Shown here: one piece after another, positions 1 through 8,863 of the stretch | Layout of the letters: each line of letters begins with the position of its first letter | How positions within the stretch are numbered: position 1 is the first letter of the stretch | Program-made: the position numbers and the translations under genes | Origin: Candidatus Acetothermia bacterium | GTDB taxonomy: Bacteria; Bipolaricaulota; Bipolaricaulia; Bipolaricaulales; Bipolaricaulaceae | DNA: 23,561 bases | Assembly: GCA_003563005.1 (NCBI GenBank) | Contig: PWTC01000002.1 | Span: 1-23,561, forward strand | Reading direction: 5' to 3' | Notes under the pieces: model-generated | The model's database searches: none | What the model saw: the letters and a program-made list of their open reading frames with translations, nothing else | Told to the model about the DNA's origin: nothing

Positions 1-52
1 CGCCACGGCGAACGGGGAAGTACTTCTTCAGGCCCGAGACCTTGAGCAGCAC
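1..52 (-). CDS. Oligopeptide/dipeptide ABC transporter ATP-binding protein, OppF-like; N-terminal fragment only, gene continues past the window start
   Basis: Minus-strand frame reads V(GTG at 52)-LLKVSGLKKYFPVRRG. This is the typical OppF/DppF N-terminus and sits 7 nt after the oppD stop. Only 17 codons are visible. Confidence 0.45.
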   Translation of the reverse strand, partial: MLLKVSGLKKYFPVRRG

Positions 53-59
53 GTCTTGG

Positions 60-1085
60 TCAAGTTGCACTGTCGCTAGGGCCGACATCCTCACCCCCTG
101 TTCCATAGAGCCAGCACGCCGTGGCGTGTTGGTGGGCCACCTCTTCGAGCGGCGGCATCTCGCTTTGACATATCTCCATCGTGTGCGGGCAGCGCGGGTG
201 GAACGGGCAGCCCGGCGGTGCATGCAGCGGATCCGGCACGATGCCTCGGATGGGGTCCAGCCGCTCCTTCTGTGTGGACAGCGACGGGATCGATTTCAGG
301 AGCCCTTGCGTGTACGGATGCTTCGGGTCGTGGAACAGCGGCATCACCGGAGCGTGCTCGACCACACTGCCCAAGTACATGACCACGACTTCTTCGCACA
401 TCTCCGCCACAACACCGAGGTTGTGCGTGATGAACATGATAGCGGTGTGGAACTCCTTCTGAAGGCTGCGCATCAGGTCCAGCACCTGCGCCTGGATGGT
501 CACGTCCAGCGCGGTCGTCGGCTCGTCGGCGACGAGGAGCGCTGGGTTGCAGGACAGTGCCATGGCGATCATCGCCCTCTGGCGCATGCCGCCGGAGAGC
601 TGGTGCGGGTACTCGTCCACGCGCTGCTCCGGCAGGGGGATGCCGACCTGGCGCAGCATGTCGATCGCCCGCTTGCGGGCCTCCGCTTTGGAGACATGCT
701 GATGTAGCGTAACGGCCTCCATGATTTGGTAGCCGACGGTGAACACGGGGTTCAGCGAAGTCATCGGCTCCTGGAAGATCATGGCCATCTCTTTGCCGCG
801 GAGCGCACGGTACGCCTTGCCCTTGGGGTTCAGCTTCGCCAGGTCCACCCCGGGACCCCCGTTGCGGGTGAACATGATCTCCCCGCTGACGATCTTCCCC
901 GGTGGCATGGGCACCAGCCCCATGATCGAAAGCGCTGTCACGCTCTTCCCGCATCCGGACTCCCCCACGACGCCGAGCGTGCGCTCCTTGTCGATGGAGA
1001 AGTTCACCCCGTCCACGGCCCGCACCACTCCGTCCTCCGTGAAGAAGTGCGTCCGGAGGTCGTTCAGCTGGATGAGTGCCACCAT
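60..1085 (-). CDS. oppD: Oligopeptide/dipeptide ABC transporter ATP-binding protein (OppD/DppD type, with C-terminal oligopeptide extension)
   Basis: Walker [12 protein letters not shown] signature LSGGMRQR, Walker [14 protein letters not shown]-loop ITHNL. ATG at 1085 is preceded by a GAAGGGGG Shine-Dalgarno sequence. Confidence 0.9.
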   Translation of the reverse strand: MVALIQLNDLRTHFFTEDGVVRAVDGVNFSIDKERTLGVVGESGCGKSVTALSIMGLVPMPPGKIVSGEIMFTRNGGPGVDLAKLNPKGKAYRALRGKEMAMIFQEPMTSLNPVFTVGYQIMEAVTLHQHVSKAEARKRAIDMLRQVGIPLPEQRVDEYPHQLSGGMRQRAMIAMALSCNPALLVADEPTTALDVTIQAQVLDLMRSLQKEFHTAIMFITHNLGVVAEMCEEVVVMYLGSVVEHAPVMPLFHDPKHPYTQGLLKSIPSLSTQKERLDPIRGIVPDPLHAPPGCPFHPRCPHTMEICQSEMPPLEEVAHQHATACWLYGTGGEDVGPSDSAT

Positions 1086-1445
1086 GCCCCCTTCAGTTCA
1101 CCGCTGGAACCATTTCCCACAGCCAAAGCCCGCCCGAGCATCCTCACGCACCTCTGTGGGGCAGGCGCATGTCGCTTCCTCTCCCCCACACCGCGCCCCC
1201 GGCCTCTATCGCTCTCACAGAAGCGGTCGTCGCTGTGCAGGAAGGCACGAAAACGAGGTCTCCGTCGGGCAACCACACCATCTGCGTGCTCACGATCATC
1301 TTGCCCTTGCCCCTCCCCGAGGTGGAAGTCTAGCCGTGCGTCCAGCGCTTGGCAAATCCACCCTTGTGGTCGATCGACCCACCCGCACGGCTCACGATGC
1401 GCCGGGCGACACCCTGCTCACCGCCGGGAGGAACCTCACCGCACA

Positions 1446-1473
1446 TTGAGCCTCGCGCACCGAAAGCTACAAT
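1446..1473 (+). promoter_or_regulatory. Sigma70-like promoter for the S1-kor operon: TTGAGC (1446-1451), 16 nt spacer, TACAAT (1468-1473). The -10 lies inside the palindrome GCTACAATGTAGC (1466-1478).
   Basis: Consensus-like hexamers with correct spacing about 30 nt upstream of ATG 1505. A GGGAGG RBS sits at 1493-1498. Confidence 0.4.
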
Positions 1474-1504
1474 GTAGCCGCTCGGCAACAGCGGGAGGCA
1501 TCAG

Positions 1505-1924
1505 ATGACGCCCAAGATCGGGGACATCGTCGAAGGGAAGGTGGTCGGTGCGCATGCCGATGAGATCAGCATCGCGCTTCCTGATGGCACATGTGGCCAC
1601 TTGGACCGGGTGCCCGATCCACCGGCCTCTCTAACCCCCGGCCAGGAGCTCTGGGTTGAGGTCATTGGTCTCGACGCTTCCGGCCGTCCGCGGCTTGTCG
1701 AGGTAGGCGAAGTGGCACGGACAGGCCTGGCGTTCCACGAGGAGGTCGCCCAGATCCGCACATCGTTCTCCGGGAGTTCCGTCACTCTGCCCCAACAAGC
1801 AGAGGACAACGAGGCCCGGGTCGAGTGGCGGCTGCGCCGCTGGTTGAGCGATACCGAGTCGGGACTGGGGCGTCTCGTCAAGCGACGCGGCAGTCGGCTG
1901 TCCGAGAGAGCACACACAGATTAG
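1505..1924 (+). CDS. S1 RNA-binding-domain protein (YugI/general-stress-protein-13-like)
   Basis: N-terminal KIGDIVEGKVVG...GHLD...PGQELWVEVIGLD matches the S1 fold pattern, with a charged C-terminal tail. Good RBS; first gene of the operon. Confidence 0.55.
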   Translation: MTPKIGDIVEGKVVGAHADEISIALPDGTCGHLDRVPDPPASLTPGQELWVEVIGLDASGRPRLVEVGEVARTGLAFHEEVAQIRTSFSGSSVTLPQQAEDNEARVEWRLRRWLSDTESGLGRLVKRRGSRLSERAHTD

Positions 1925-1935
1925 GGGGGAGAAAC

Positions 1936-2169
1936 ATGCCCAAGGGGATTGCGGTCATCGACATGGAGCGGTGTAAGGGTTGCGGCCTGTGCATCGCCGC
2001 GTGTCCGTTCGGCGTGCTGGGGTTCTCCGAGCAGTACAACAGCTCGGGGTACAACGTGGCCTGCATGGTCCAGCCTGAGAAGTGCACCGGTTGCACAATC
2101 TGCGCCCAGATCTGCCCTGACGTGGCCATCGAGGTGTACCGCAAGGAGACGGCCAAGGGGGCAGCGTGA
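1936..2169 (+). CDS. 2-oxoacid:ferredoxin oxidoreductase delta subunit (2x[4Fe-4S] ferredoxin)
   Basis: Two CxxCxxCxxxCP motifs (CKGCGLCIAACP and CTGCTICAQICP) in about 77 aa. GGGGGAG RBS upstream. The stop overlaps the alpha-subunit start (GTGA). Confidence 0.85.
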   Translation: MPKGIAVIDMERCKGCGLCIAACPFGVLGFSEQYNSSGYNVACMVQPEKCTGCTICAQICPDVAIEVYRKETAKGAA

Positions 2170-3221
2170 GTCGCGTTCTGATGCGAGGGAACGAGGCCAT
2201 CGCAGAGGCGGCGATCCGCGCAGGTTGCCAGTGCTACTTCTGCTATCCCATCACCCCTCAGGGTGAGTTGGTCGAGTACATGGCACGCGAGCTTCCCGCG
2301 CGTGGCGGGGCGTTCCTGCAGGCCGAGTCCGAGACGGCGGCCATCAACATGGTGTACGGCGCCAGCGCGGCTGGGGTCAGAACCATGACTTCATCGTCGT
2401 CGCCCGGAATCAGCCTCAAGCTTGAGGGGATCTCCTACATGGCCGGGGCGCGCCTGCCGGGCGTCATCGTGAACATCATGCGGGGAGGCCCGGGGCTAGG
2501 GAACATTGCCCCCGCTCAAGGGGACTACTTCCAAGCGACCAAAGGCGGGGGACACGGCGACTACCGGCTGATCGTGCTCGCACCCTCCTCGGTTCAGGAG
2601 GCAGCCGAGCTCGTCATGCTGGCGTTTGACCTCTCCGATCGGTATCGCACACCAGCGATGTTGCTGGCGGACGGCATGCTCGGCCAGATGATGGAACCCG
2701 TCGAGCTCCCCGATCCCATCGACCCCGCGACCATCCCCGGGCGCCCCTGGGCCCTCACCGGCGCGGTCGACCGGGCACCCAACGTAGTGCTGAGCTTCGA
2801 CCTCGATCCGCAGGGCCTGAAGGAGATGAACAAGGGTCTCCAGAGGACGTACCAGGAGATCACGGAACGTGAGCTCCGGTGGGAGGAGGTCGACACCGAG
2901 GACGCCGATCTGCTGATCGTCGCCTACGGGTCGATGGGGCGCATCGCCAAGTCGGTGGTGCGCTCGGCACGCGAGGAGGGCATCAAGGCCGGGCTGGTCC
3001 GGCCGATCACGTTGTGGCCGTTCCCCTACGCCCGCATCCGTGAGCTGTCCGAACGCGTGTCCACGGTGCTCACCGCGGAGCTCTCCGCCGGCCAGATGTG
3101 GGAAGACGTACGGCTCGCCGTGGGCGATCGCGCGGCCACCCCGTTCTTCGGCGAGCTCGGCGGGGTCGTGCCCACGCCCCGTGATGTCCTAAGCGAGGTG
3201 AAGCGCTATGCCAATGGTTGA
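2166..3221 (+). CDS. 2-oxoacid:ferredoxin oxidoreductase alpha subunit (POR/KOR/VOR family)
   Basis: N-terminal GNEAIAEAAIRAGCQCYFCYPITPQGE is the typical KorA/PorA start. GTG at 2166 overlaps the delta stop. About 351 aa. Confidence 0.9.
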   Translation: MSRVLMRGNEAIAEAAIRAGCQCYFCYPITPQGELVEYMARELPARGGAFLQAESETAAINMVYGASAAGVRTMTSSSSPGISLKLEGISYMAGARLPGVIVNIMRGGPGLGNIAPAQGDYFQATKGGGHGDYRLIVLAPSSVQEAAELVMLAFDLSDRYRTPAMLLADGMLGQMMEPVELPDPIDPATIPGRPWALTGAVDRAPNVVLSFDLDPQGLKEMNKGLQRTYQEITERELRWEEVDTEDADLLIVAYGSMGRIAKSVVRSAREEGIKAGLVRPITLWPFPYARIRELSERVSTVLTAELSAGQMWEDVRLAVGDRAATPFFGELGGVVPTPRDVLSEVKRYANG

Positions 3222-3975
3222 GACAAGGATCCCCGAAGGGTACACGAAGGTGTTCACCCGCCCCGAGGCGCTGTCCGACGCCCAGTACACGTATTGCCCG
3301 GGCTGCCATCACGGCGTGATCACGCGCCTCGTCGCCGAGGCTCTCGACGAGCTCGGCATACGGGGACGCACCGTGGGCATCGCGCCTGTAGGATGCGCTG
3401 TGTTCCTGTACCGCTTCTTCAACTGCGACTTCGTGCAGGCCGCCCACGGGCGCGCCTGTGCTGTGGCCACGGGACTGAAGCGCGCGAACCCTGATTTGGT
3501 CGTCTTCTCCTATCAGGGCGACGGCGATCTGGGCGCGATCGGGACCGCGGAGACGGTGCATGCCGCCAACCGCGGAGAGAACATCACCGTCATCTTCATC
3601 AACAACCAGATCTACGGGATGACCGGGGGGGAGATGGCCCCAACTACGCTCCCGGGTCAACGCACGGTGACCTCGCCCGGCGGGCGCGACACGCGCCTTA
3701 TGGGTTACCCGCTCAAAGTTTCGGAGATGCTCGCCCAGCTCGACGGTCCTTGCTATATCACGCGACAAAGCGTGCACGACGCGCGTCACGTGGGGCTCAC
3801 GCGCAAGGCGATCGTGCAGGCGTTCCGCAACCAGCTCGAGGGAAAGGGGTTCTCCTTGGTGGAAGTGCTTGCCGCGTGCCCCACGAACTTCAAGATGTCG
3901 CCCGAGCAGGGCAACACCTGGGTCGTCGAGAAGGCGATGAAGGCTTTCCCCCTCGGGGATCTCAAAGGGGCATGA
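3208..3975 (+). CDS. 2-oxoacid:ferredoxin oxidoreductase beta subunit (TPP-binding)
   Basis: CPGCHHG and GDGD...NN TPP/FeS motifs. Overlaps alpha by 14 nt and gamma by 4 nt (ATGA). Confidence 0.9.
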   Translation: MPMVETRIPEGYTKVFTRPEALSDAQYTYCPGCHHGVITRLVAEALDELGIRGRTVGIAPVGCAVFLYRFFNCDFVQAAHGRACAVATGLKRANPDLVVFSYQGDGDLGAIGTAETVHAANRGENITVIFINNQIYGMTGGEMAPTTLPGQRTVTSPGGRDTRLMGYPLKVSEMLAQLDGPCYITRQSVHDARHVGLTRKAIVQAFRNQLEGKGFSLVEVLAACPTNFKMSPEQGNTWVVEKAMKAFPLGDLKGA

Positions 3976-4538
3976 ACATGGAACAAGGCATCGTGTTCGC
4001 GGGGTTCGGAGGACAGGGCGTTCTGCTGGCCGGGAAGGTGCTGGCCCGCGCCGGGATGGAGCACGGCCTGGAAGTCAGTTGGCTGCCCTCGTATGGGCCG
4101 GAGATGCGCGGCGGGACGGCGAACTGCACCGTGGTGCTGTCCGACGCGCTCATCGGCGCGCCGAACGTGGACGCGCCACAGGCGCTTGTGGCGATGAACC
4201 AACCCTCGCTGGACAGGTTCGAGCCCCAGCTTGTCCCCGGTGGTGTCGCCATACTCAATGCGTCGCTCATCGCGCGCGAGGCTCGGAGATCGGACATCAC
4301 CGTGGTGCCGATCCCCATGAACGACATCGCCCGTGAGCTGGACGCACCCCGCGCGATCAACATGGTGGCTCTCGGGGCTCTACTCCGCGCGCTCGACACC
4401 GTGCCCCTCGAGGTCGCTGGCGATGCCATCGCCCTGGAGATGGAGGAGCGGGGTCGCGCCAAGCTCGGCGAGGTGAACCGGTTGGCCCTGCAGCGCGGCT
4501 ATGAGGCTGCTAGCTCGGTTCTGCAGGCTGGGGCCTAG
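3972..4538 (+). CDS. 2-oxoacid:ferredoxin oxidoreductase gamma subunit
   Basis: MNMEQGIVFAGFGGQGVLLAGKVLA is the typical gamma-subunit start. The true start is internal to six-frame ORF 3750..4538 and is coupled to the beta stop. Confidence 0.85.
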   Translation: MNMEQGIVFAGFGGQGVLLAGKVLARAGMEHGLEVSWLPSYGPEMRGGTANCTVVLSDALIGAPNVDAPQALVAMNQPSLDRFEPQLVPGGVAILNASLIAREARRSDITVVPIPMNDIARELDAPRAINMVALGALLRALDTVPLEVAGDAIALEMEERGRAKLGEVNRLALQRGYEAASSVLQAGA

Positions 4539-4547
4539 GGTGACGCG

Positions 4548-4736
4548 TCAGACCTTCTGCACCTTGCCGGCCTTGAGACAACTCGTACACGCCTGGATTC
4601 GGCAGCGCTTGCCAGCCAGCACCGCGCGCACGCGCTGAAGGTTCGGCAGACGCACGCGCTTTCCGTGCTTGCCCGAGTGGCTGACGGTCGCGCCGAACGC
4701 CGGTCCCTTACCGCAAATGTCACATCGTCTTGACAT
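4548..4736 (-). CDS. rpmB: 50S ribosomal protein L28
   Basis: MSRRCDICGKGPAFGATVSHSGKHGKRVRLPNLQ is the L28 signature. The ATG at 4736 has an AAGGAG RBS at correct spacing. The upstream GTG at 4742 is an unlikely start. Confidence 0.85.
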   Translation of the reverse strand: MSRRCDICGKGPAFGATVSHSGKHGKRVRLPNLQRVRAVLAGKRCRIQACTSCLKAGKVQKV

Positions 4737-4745
4737 GAGCACTCC

Positions 4746-5402
4746 TTAGTCGATCGGGCCCTGGACATACCAGGGCTCCACAGGTTCCTGCTTCTCCGCA
4801 CCGCCGGCACGCCATCTGGCGTGCCCTAGGCGCGCCACCTCAAGCGCCTCGGGGTGCTCCCACTTCGTCCCGCCCGGGCGGACGCCCGGCGCCCGTTCCG
4901 CGAGCTCAGCCGCGTACCGCACCGCACCCGTGCCCACGACAAGCACATCGCTTCTGTCGTGCAGCTTCGCCACGGCCTCTTCGGCGCGCAGCACAGCCTC
5001 GGCGCCCGCGCGACGTCCGCTGATCCATGACGCGTAGAGCACATCGTCCCGATCATGGATCCACACCGCCACCCTGCCGGGCCACCAACGGGCGGCCGCG
5101 AACCCGAGCACCTCGGCCTGGCGAACACCGATCACGGGAACCCCGCTTGTCCGTGCCAAGCCGTGAGCGAACGCAAGGCCGATACGCAGCCCGGTGAACG
5201 AACCCGGCCCCACATCCACGCTGACCAACCCCAGCTCGCACGGGGCGACATCGCCAAGCCTCAGCACCGCGTCCACACACGGAGCGAGAAGCTCTACATG
5301 AGCCCGCCCGGCGCGGAACGCGGCCTCGTAGGAAGGCCCATCCTCACGCCAGAGGGCAACACCCCCGCGCTCGCCAGCCGTCTCGATGCCAAGGACCCAC
5401 AC
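4746..5402 (-). CDS. tsaB: tRNA threonylcarbamoyladenosine biosynthesis protein TsaB (YeaZ family)
   Basis: MWVLGIETAGERGGVAL...VDVGPGSFTGLRIG are hallmark TsaB motifs. Confidence 0.85.
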   Translation of the reverse strand: MWVLGIETAGERGGVALWREDGPSYEAAFRAGRAHVELLAPCVDAVLRLGDVAPCELGLVSVDVGPGSFTGLRIGLAFAHGLARTSGVPVIGVRQAEVLGFAAARWWPGRVAVWIHDRDDVLYASWISGRRAGAEAVLRAEEAVAKLHDRSDVLVVGTGAVRYAAELAERAPGVRPGGTKWEHPEALEVARLGHARWRAGGAEKQEPVEPWYVQGPID

Positions 5403-5491
5403 GGGGGCGAATCGTACCGTCCTCCGCCCACACGTACAACCTGCCGCGCCGCATCCATCGGCACTACAGGTGGGCAGGGACGCGCACGGCG

Positions 5492-6508
5492 CTAGAGGAG
5501 CCGGGACACCGAGGCGTGGCCCAGGTGCTCCCGCGCCCGCTCCGTCGCCACCCGCCCCTGCGGCGTACGCCGCAGGAATCCTTGGGTGATCAGGTAGGGT
5601 TCGAAGACGTCGGAGATGGTGTCCTTGTCTTCGCCTGTGGCCGCAGCGAGCGTCTCCAGGCCGACCGGACCTCCGTCGAACCGCTCCAGCATGATCGAAA
5701 GGAGGTTCCGATCTGCGCTGTCCAGCCCTGCCTCGTCGATGCCGAGCATATCGAGCGTACGTCGGGCCAGCGCCCGGTCCACCGTGGACGCGCCCTCCAC
5801 CTGCGCTACGTCGCGCGCCCGCCTGAGCAGTCTGAGCGCGATGCGCGGCGTGCCTCGGGCGCGGGCCGCAAGCTCATGCGCCCCGTCTTCGGCGGCACAG
5901 ATGCCCAGCCTCTCGGCAGCTCTGGCGACGACGATCGCCAGTTCCTCGGCGGTGTAGAACTCCATGCGGAACGTCACCTCGAATCGATCGCGCAGAGGCG
6001 AGGTCAACAGGCCTTCGCGGGTCGTCGCCCCCACCAGCGTGAACGGCGCCACGTCGAGGCGGATCGACCGGGCGTGCGGCCCTTCTCCCAGCACGATGTC
6101 CAGCTTGTAGTCCTCCATCGCAGGGTACAGGACCTCCTCGACGGGCCGGCGAAGGCGGTGGATCTCATCGATGAACAGGATGTCCCCGCGTTCGAGTCGG
6201 GTGAGGATCGCCGCCAGGTCGCCCGGGCGCTCGATCGCCGGGCCCGAAGAGACCTTGATCCGCGCCTCCATAGACTCGGCCAGGATGTGAGCCAGCGTCG
6301 TCTTGCCCAAGCCTGGCGGGGAAAGGAGCAACACGTGATCCAGCGGCTCGCTCCGGGCCCTGGCTGCTTGGATGAAGATGCGTAGCCGCTCCTTGACGCC
6401 CTCCTGACCGACGAACTCGTCCAAAGTCCGGGGGCGCAGGGCCCGCAGCGGGCGCTCGTAATCCTGCTCTTCCTGTCCCACTGTGCGCTCTGACATTCTC
6501 ATGGTCAT
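5492..6508 (-). CDS. ruvB: Holliday junction branch-migration helicase RuvB
   Basis: Walker [11 protein letters not shown], Walker [11 protein letters not shown], conserved RuvB blocks throughout. Start chosen at the ATG at 6508 (MTMRMSE) with a GGGGAGAGGG RBS. The upstream 33 codons of the six-frame ORF were rejected. Confidence 0.93.
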   Translation of the reverse strand: MTMRMSERTVGQEEQDYERPLRALRPRTLDEFVGQEGVKERLRIFIQAARARSEPLDHVLLLSPPGLGKTTLAHILAESMEARIKVSSGPAIERPGDLAAILTRLERGDILFIDEIHRLRRPVEEVLYPAMEDYKLDIVLGEGPHARSIRLDVAPFTLVGATTREGLLTSPLRDRFEVTFRMEFYTAEELAIVVARAAERLGICAAEDGAHELAARARGTPRIALRLLRRARDVAQVEGASTVDRALARRTLDMLGIDEAGLDSADRNLLSIMLERFDGGPVGLETLAAATGEDKDTISDVFEPYLITQGFLRRTPQGRVATERAREHLGHASVSRLL

Positions 6509-6538
6509 TGTAGCCCTCTCCCCGAAGGCCGCAACACG

Positions 6539-6567
6539 TTGCCGTGCGCGCCCCACAGACGTAGAAT
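6539..6567 (+). promoter_or_regulatory. Sigma70-like promoter: TTGCCG, 17 nt spacer, TAGAAT (6562-6567), 9 nt before ATG 6577. Likely a leaderless or near-leaderless transcript.
   Basis: Hexamers and spacing. There is no room for an SD sequence before the ATG. Confidence 0.35.
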
Positions 6568-6576
6568 GAACGGGCC

Positions 6577-7443
6577 ATGTGCTGGAAGCTCGTGCTGCTC
6601 TGCACACTGACCGTGCACTTCTGGGCGTGGGGCGGGTACGACAACGTGACCAGCCTCGATTGGTCCCCCAAGGGAGATCAGATCCTGTTCACCCACCAGG
6701 GCCAGCTGTACATCGGCGATGCGCCCAGCGGCGCCAACCACGTGGCGCTGACCTCGGAGCCGAGCCCGGTGGACTGGGGCCGCTTCTCGCCGGATGGCGA
6801 CTGGGTCACGTACGTGACGGCTGTAGAAGGCGGCTATAAGCTCTGGCAGCACATGCTGGCGGACAACGAGCGCAGGGAGTTGCACTTCTCCTCCCGCTAC
6901 ATCGGCCAACCCACGGTGGATCCCTCGCGGGACACCCCGCACACGCGGATCGCTTTTGTGGGGGAGATCGAAGCGACAAGAGGTAGGGGCACGGAGTTCG
7001 CGCTGTTCCTCATGGACCTTGAGTCTTCGAGGATCGACCGCATCATGTCTGTTCCCTGGCCCGTGGCGACCCCCGACTTCTCGCACGACGGTCGCCTCGT
7101 CGTGTTCGTCGGGCTGTGGGAGGCGAGCTGGGACCTGTTCGTGTTGGACATCGAGCGCGAGGAGTTCGAGCAGCTCACAGAGGACGGCTACTTCAACTGG
7201 TGTCCTCGCTTCTCACCCGGCGACAGATGGATCGCCTTCGAATCGAGAAGGAACGAGGTCTCGCACATCTACGTGATCCGTCGCGAGGGGACCGACCTCA
7301 CTCGGGTCACGCTGGCCGAGAGCGACGAGCCGATCGCGGTCTCGAGGAACGCCTTCCCCTCCTGGTCCCCTGAAGCGGACGTCATCCTCTACGCCTCGCT
7401 CCGCTTTGGCGGATGGGTGTTCTTGACGGAAGGGACCGAGTAG
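6577..7443 (+). CDS. Periplasmic PD40/TolB-like beta-propeller repeat protein with signal peptide
   Basis: Signal-like [19 protein letters not shown]. Repeated [32 protein letters not shown]40 blades. Confidence 0.8.
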   Translation: MCWKLVLLCTLTVHFWAWGGYDNVTSLDWSPKGDQILFTHQGQLYIGDAPSGANHVALTSEPSPVDWGRFSPDGDWVTYVTAVEGGYKLWQHMLADNERRELHFSSRYIGQPTVDPSRDTPHTRIAFVGEIEATRGRGTEFALFLMDLESSRIDRIMSVPWPVATPDFSHDGRLVVFVGLWEASWDLFVLDIEREEFEQLTEDGYFNWCPRFSPGDRWIAFESRRNEVSHIYVIRREGTDLTRVTLAESDEPIAVSRNAFPSWSPEADVILYASLRFGGWVFLTEGTE

Positions 7444-8321
7444 TCCAGGTGCGCGCTGTAGCGGTAGGTCGTTTTGACGGGGTGCACGTGGGCCATCAGG
7501 CCCTGCTCGCTGCGGGCCGCCGCTTCGCGCAAGCGCGCGGCCTCCGCTTGATGACGTTCACATTCCCGCCAGACCGTCCGGCGTTACTGCCTCTCGCCGC
7601 CAGAGAGAAGCTCCTGCGCGCTCTCGCCGACGAGGTGTACGTGTGCCCTTGGGAGGACGTGCGGCACCTGGATGCGGAGGCGTTTCTCCGGGACGTGGTG
7701 GTGGATCAACTGGACGGGGTGGGGCTCATCGTGGGGCACGACCACCGTTTCGGTGCGGGAAGAGGCGGGGACCTCGCGCTCGTGAGGCGTTTGAGCGGCC
7801 CGCTGGGGCTGGAAGTCGTACCTGTCCCACCTGTTCACCACGGGGGATCCCCAGTGAGCGCGCGCAGGATCCGGGCACTGGTGCAACGGGGAGCGGTGGC
7901 CGATGCCGCAGTGTTGCTCGGCCGTCCGGTGATGCTGTTCGGCGACCCAGTGCGCGGTGCAGGCCTAGCACACCGATTGGGCTATCCCACGGTCAACCTG
8001 GCACTGTGGCCCGGGACGGTGGCCCCTGCTCCCGGGGTGTACGCAGCCCATGCCTACCGGTGTCCACAGGGACGCCAGGCTCTGTTCTACATCGGAGACC
8101 GCCCCACTTTCCCTGGCCTTGGGGCCTCGGCGGAGGTCCACTTCCTCGATGCCCCGCCTGCGGGCTCCGGTTCGGTCGAGGTTCATCTGTGGTCCCGTCT
8201 GCGCCCCGATCGCGCCTTCCCCAGCTCCGAGGCGCTCGTCGAGCAGATGGGGCAAGACCGTCGGGAGGCCGAGGCACTGCTGACCGCGCGTATGCCGGAA
8301 ACGCCGGTGCTGCTGGGCTAG
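7413..8321 (+). CDS. ribF: Bifunctional riboflavin kinase / FMN adenylyltransferase
   Basis: VAVGRFDGVHVGHQAL nucleotidyltransferase motif; C-terminal riboflavin kinase region. An alternative GTG start at 7449 would avoid overlap with the upstream gene. The 3' end overlaps the convergent gene by 4 nt. Confidence 0.85.
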   Translation: MGVLDGRDRVVQVRAVAVGRFDGVHVGHQALLAAGRRFAQARGLRLMTFTFPPDRPALLPLAAREKLLRALADEVYVCPWEDVRHLDAEAFLRDVVVDQLDGVGLIVGHDHRFGAGRGGDLALVRRLSGPLGLEVVPVPPVHHGGSPVSARRIRALVQRGAVADAAVLLGRPVMLFGDPVRGAGLAHRLGYPTVNLALWPGTVAPAPGVYAAHAYRCPQGRQALFYIGDRPTFPGLGASAEVHFLDAPPAGSGSVEVHLWSRLRPDRAFPSSEALVEQMGQDRREAEALLTARMPETPVLLG

Positions 8322-8863
8322 GTCCGGCGGATGAACGCGCGTGCTCCCTGGAGGAACTCGCCCACGACGCCGCCGAACCTCCGCCAGTCCGCCAGCAGCG
8401 CGAAGAGGATCCACAGCACACCGGCATAGGCGACGAGAGTTTCACCGCGCAGATAAGCCAGCACGTAAGGGCCGAACACCCAAGGGACGGCGAGCAGCAT
8501 GGTCAACGACTTGAACTTGAGGAACTCCCCCGTCCGCGTGTAGGAGAGAACGGAGAGCGACACAGCGACAAGCAGGTACACGAGCCCCACGCCCCGGTGC
8601 ACCAGGCCCGTCGCCACGAGGTACACCGCCGAGGACAGCACCATCAGCATGTCGAAGTGGAATTCGTGTTCGCCGACCCAAGTCGGGGCCGTCTCCAACC
8701 TCCTGGCGAGCCTGCCGTCCACAAGATCCGTGGTCCAACCGAGCAGGAGCAGCCACAGCACCGAAGTCAAGGCGGCAGAGCCTGCCGGGATCAGACCCAG
8801 AATAGCCATCCCCACGGCCCCACGGCTCAACGTCAGCAGGTCGGGCAGTGCCTTTCTGTTCAT
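8318..8863 (-). CDS. CDP-alcohol phosphatidyltransferase family membrane protein (PgsA-like, second half of catalytic motif divergent)
   Basis: DLVDGRLARR matches D-x2-D-G-x2-A-R. The downstream G-x3-D-x3-D part is imperfect. About 6 hydrophobic segments. The ATG at 8863 is preferred because an extended -10 TGTATAAT (rc of 8876-8883) lies 12 nt upstream. Alternative GTG start at 8884. Confidence 0.55.
   Translation of the reverse strand: MNRKALPDLLTLSRGAVGMAILGLIPAGSAALTSVLWLLLLGWTTDLVDGRLARRLETAPTWVGEHEFHFDMLMVLSSAVYLVATGLVHRGVGLVYLLVAVSLSVLSYTRTGEFLKFKSLTMLLAVPWVFGPYVLAYLRGETLVAYAGVLWILFALLADWRRFGGVVGEFLQGARAFIRRT

Noticed and set aside
42-707. 221-aa plus-strand ORF
   Set aside because: Antisense to oppD, which has complete ABC motifs. 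R/H/V-rich composition typical of GC-driven spurious frames.
1825-1935. N-terminal extension of the ferredoxin (delta) ORF
   Set aside because: Overlaps the S1 gene 3' end. The ATG at 1936 has a GGGGGAG RBS and yields a canonical 77-aa 2x[4Fe-4S] ferredoxin.
3070-3789. 239-aa minus-strand ORF inside korA/korB
   Set aside because: Antisense to the TPP-binding subunit genes. Arg/Gly/Pro-rich. No motifs.
4538-4560. Palindrome TGACGCGTCA between convergent korG and rpmB stops as a terminator
   Set aside because: Loopless 10-bp palindrome with at most a 3-4 bp usable stem. No U-tract. Only 9 nt between stop codons.
5516-6385. 289-aa plus-strand ORF
   Set aside because: Antisense to ruvB, which is unambiguous.
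6509-6607. N-terminal 33-codon extension of ruvB six-frame ORF
   Set aside because: RuvB homology starts at MTMRMSE with a good RBS. The extension would overlap the divergent PD40 gene start and promoter.
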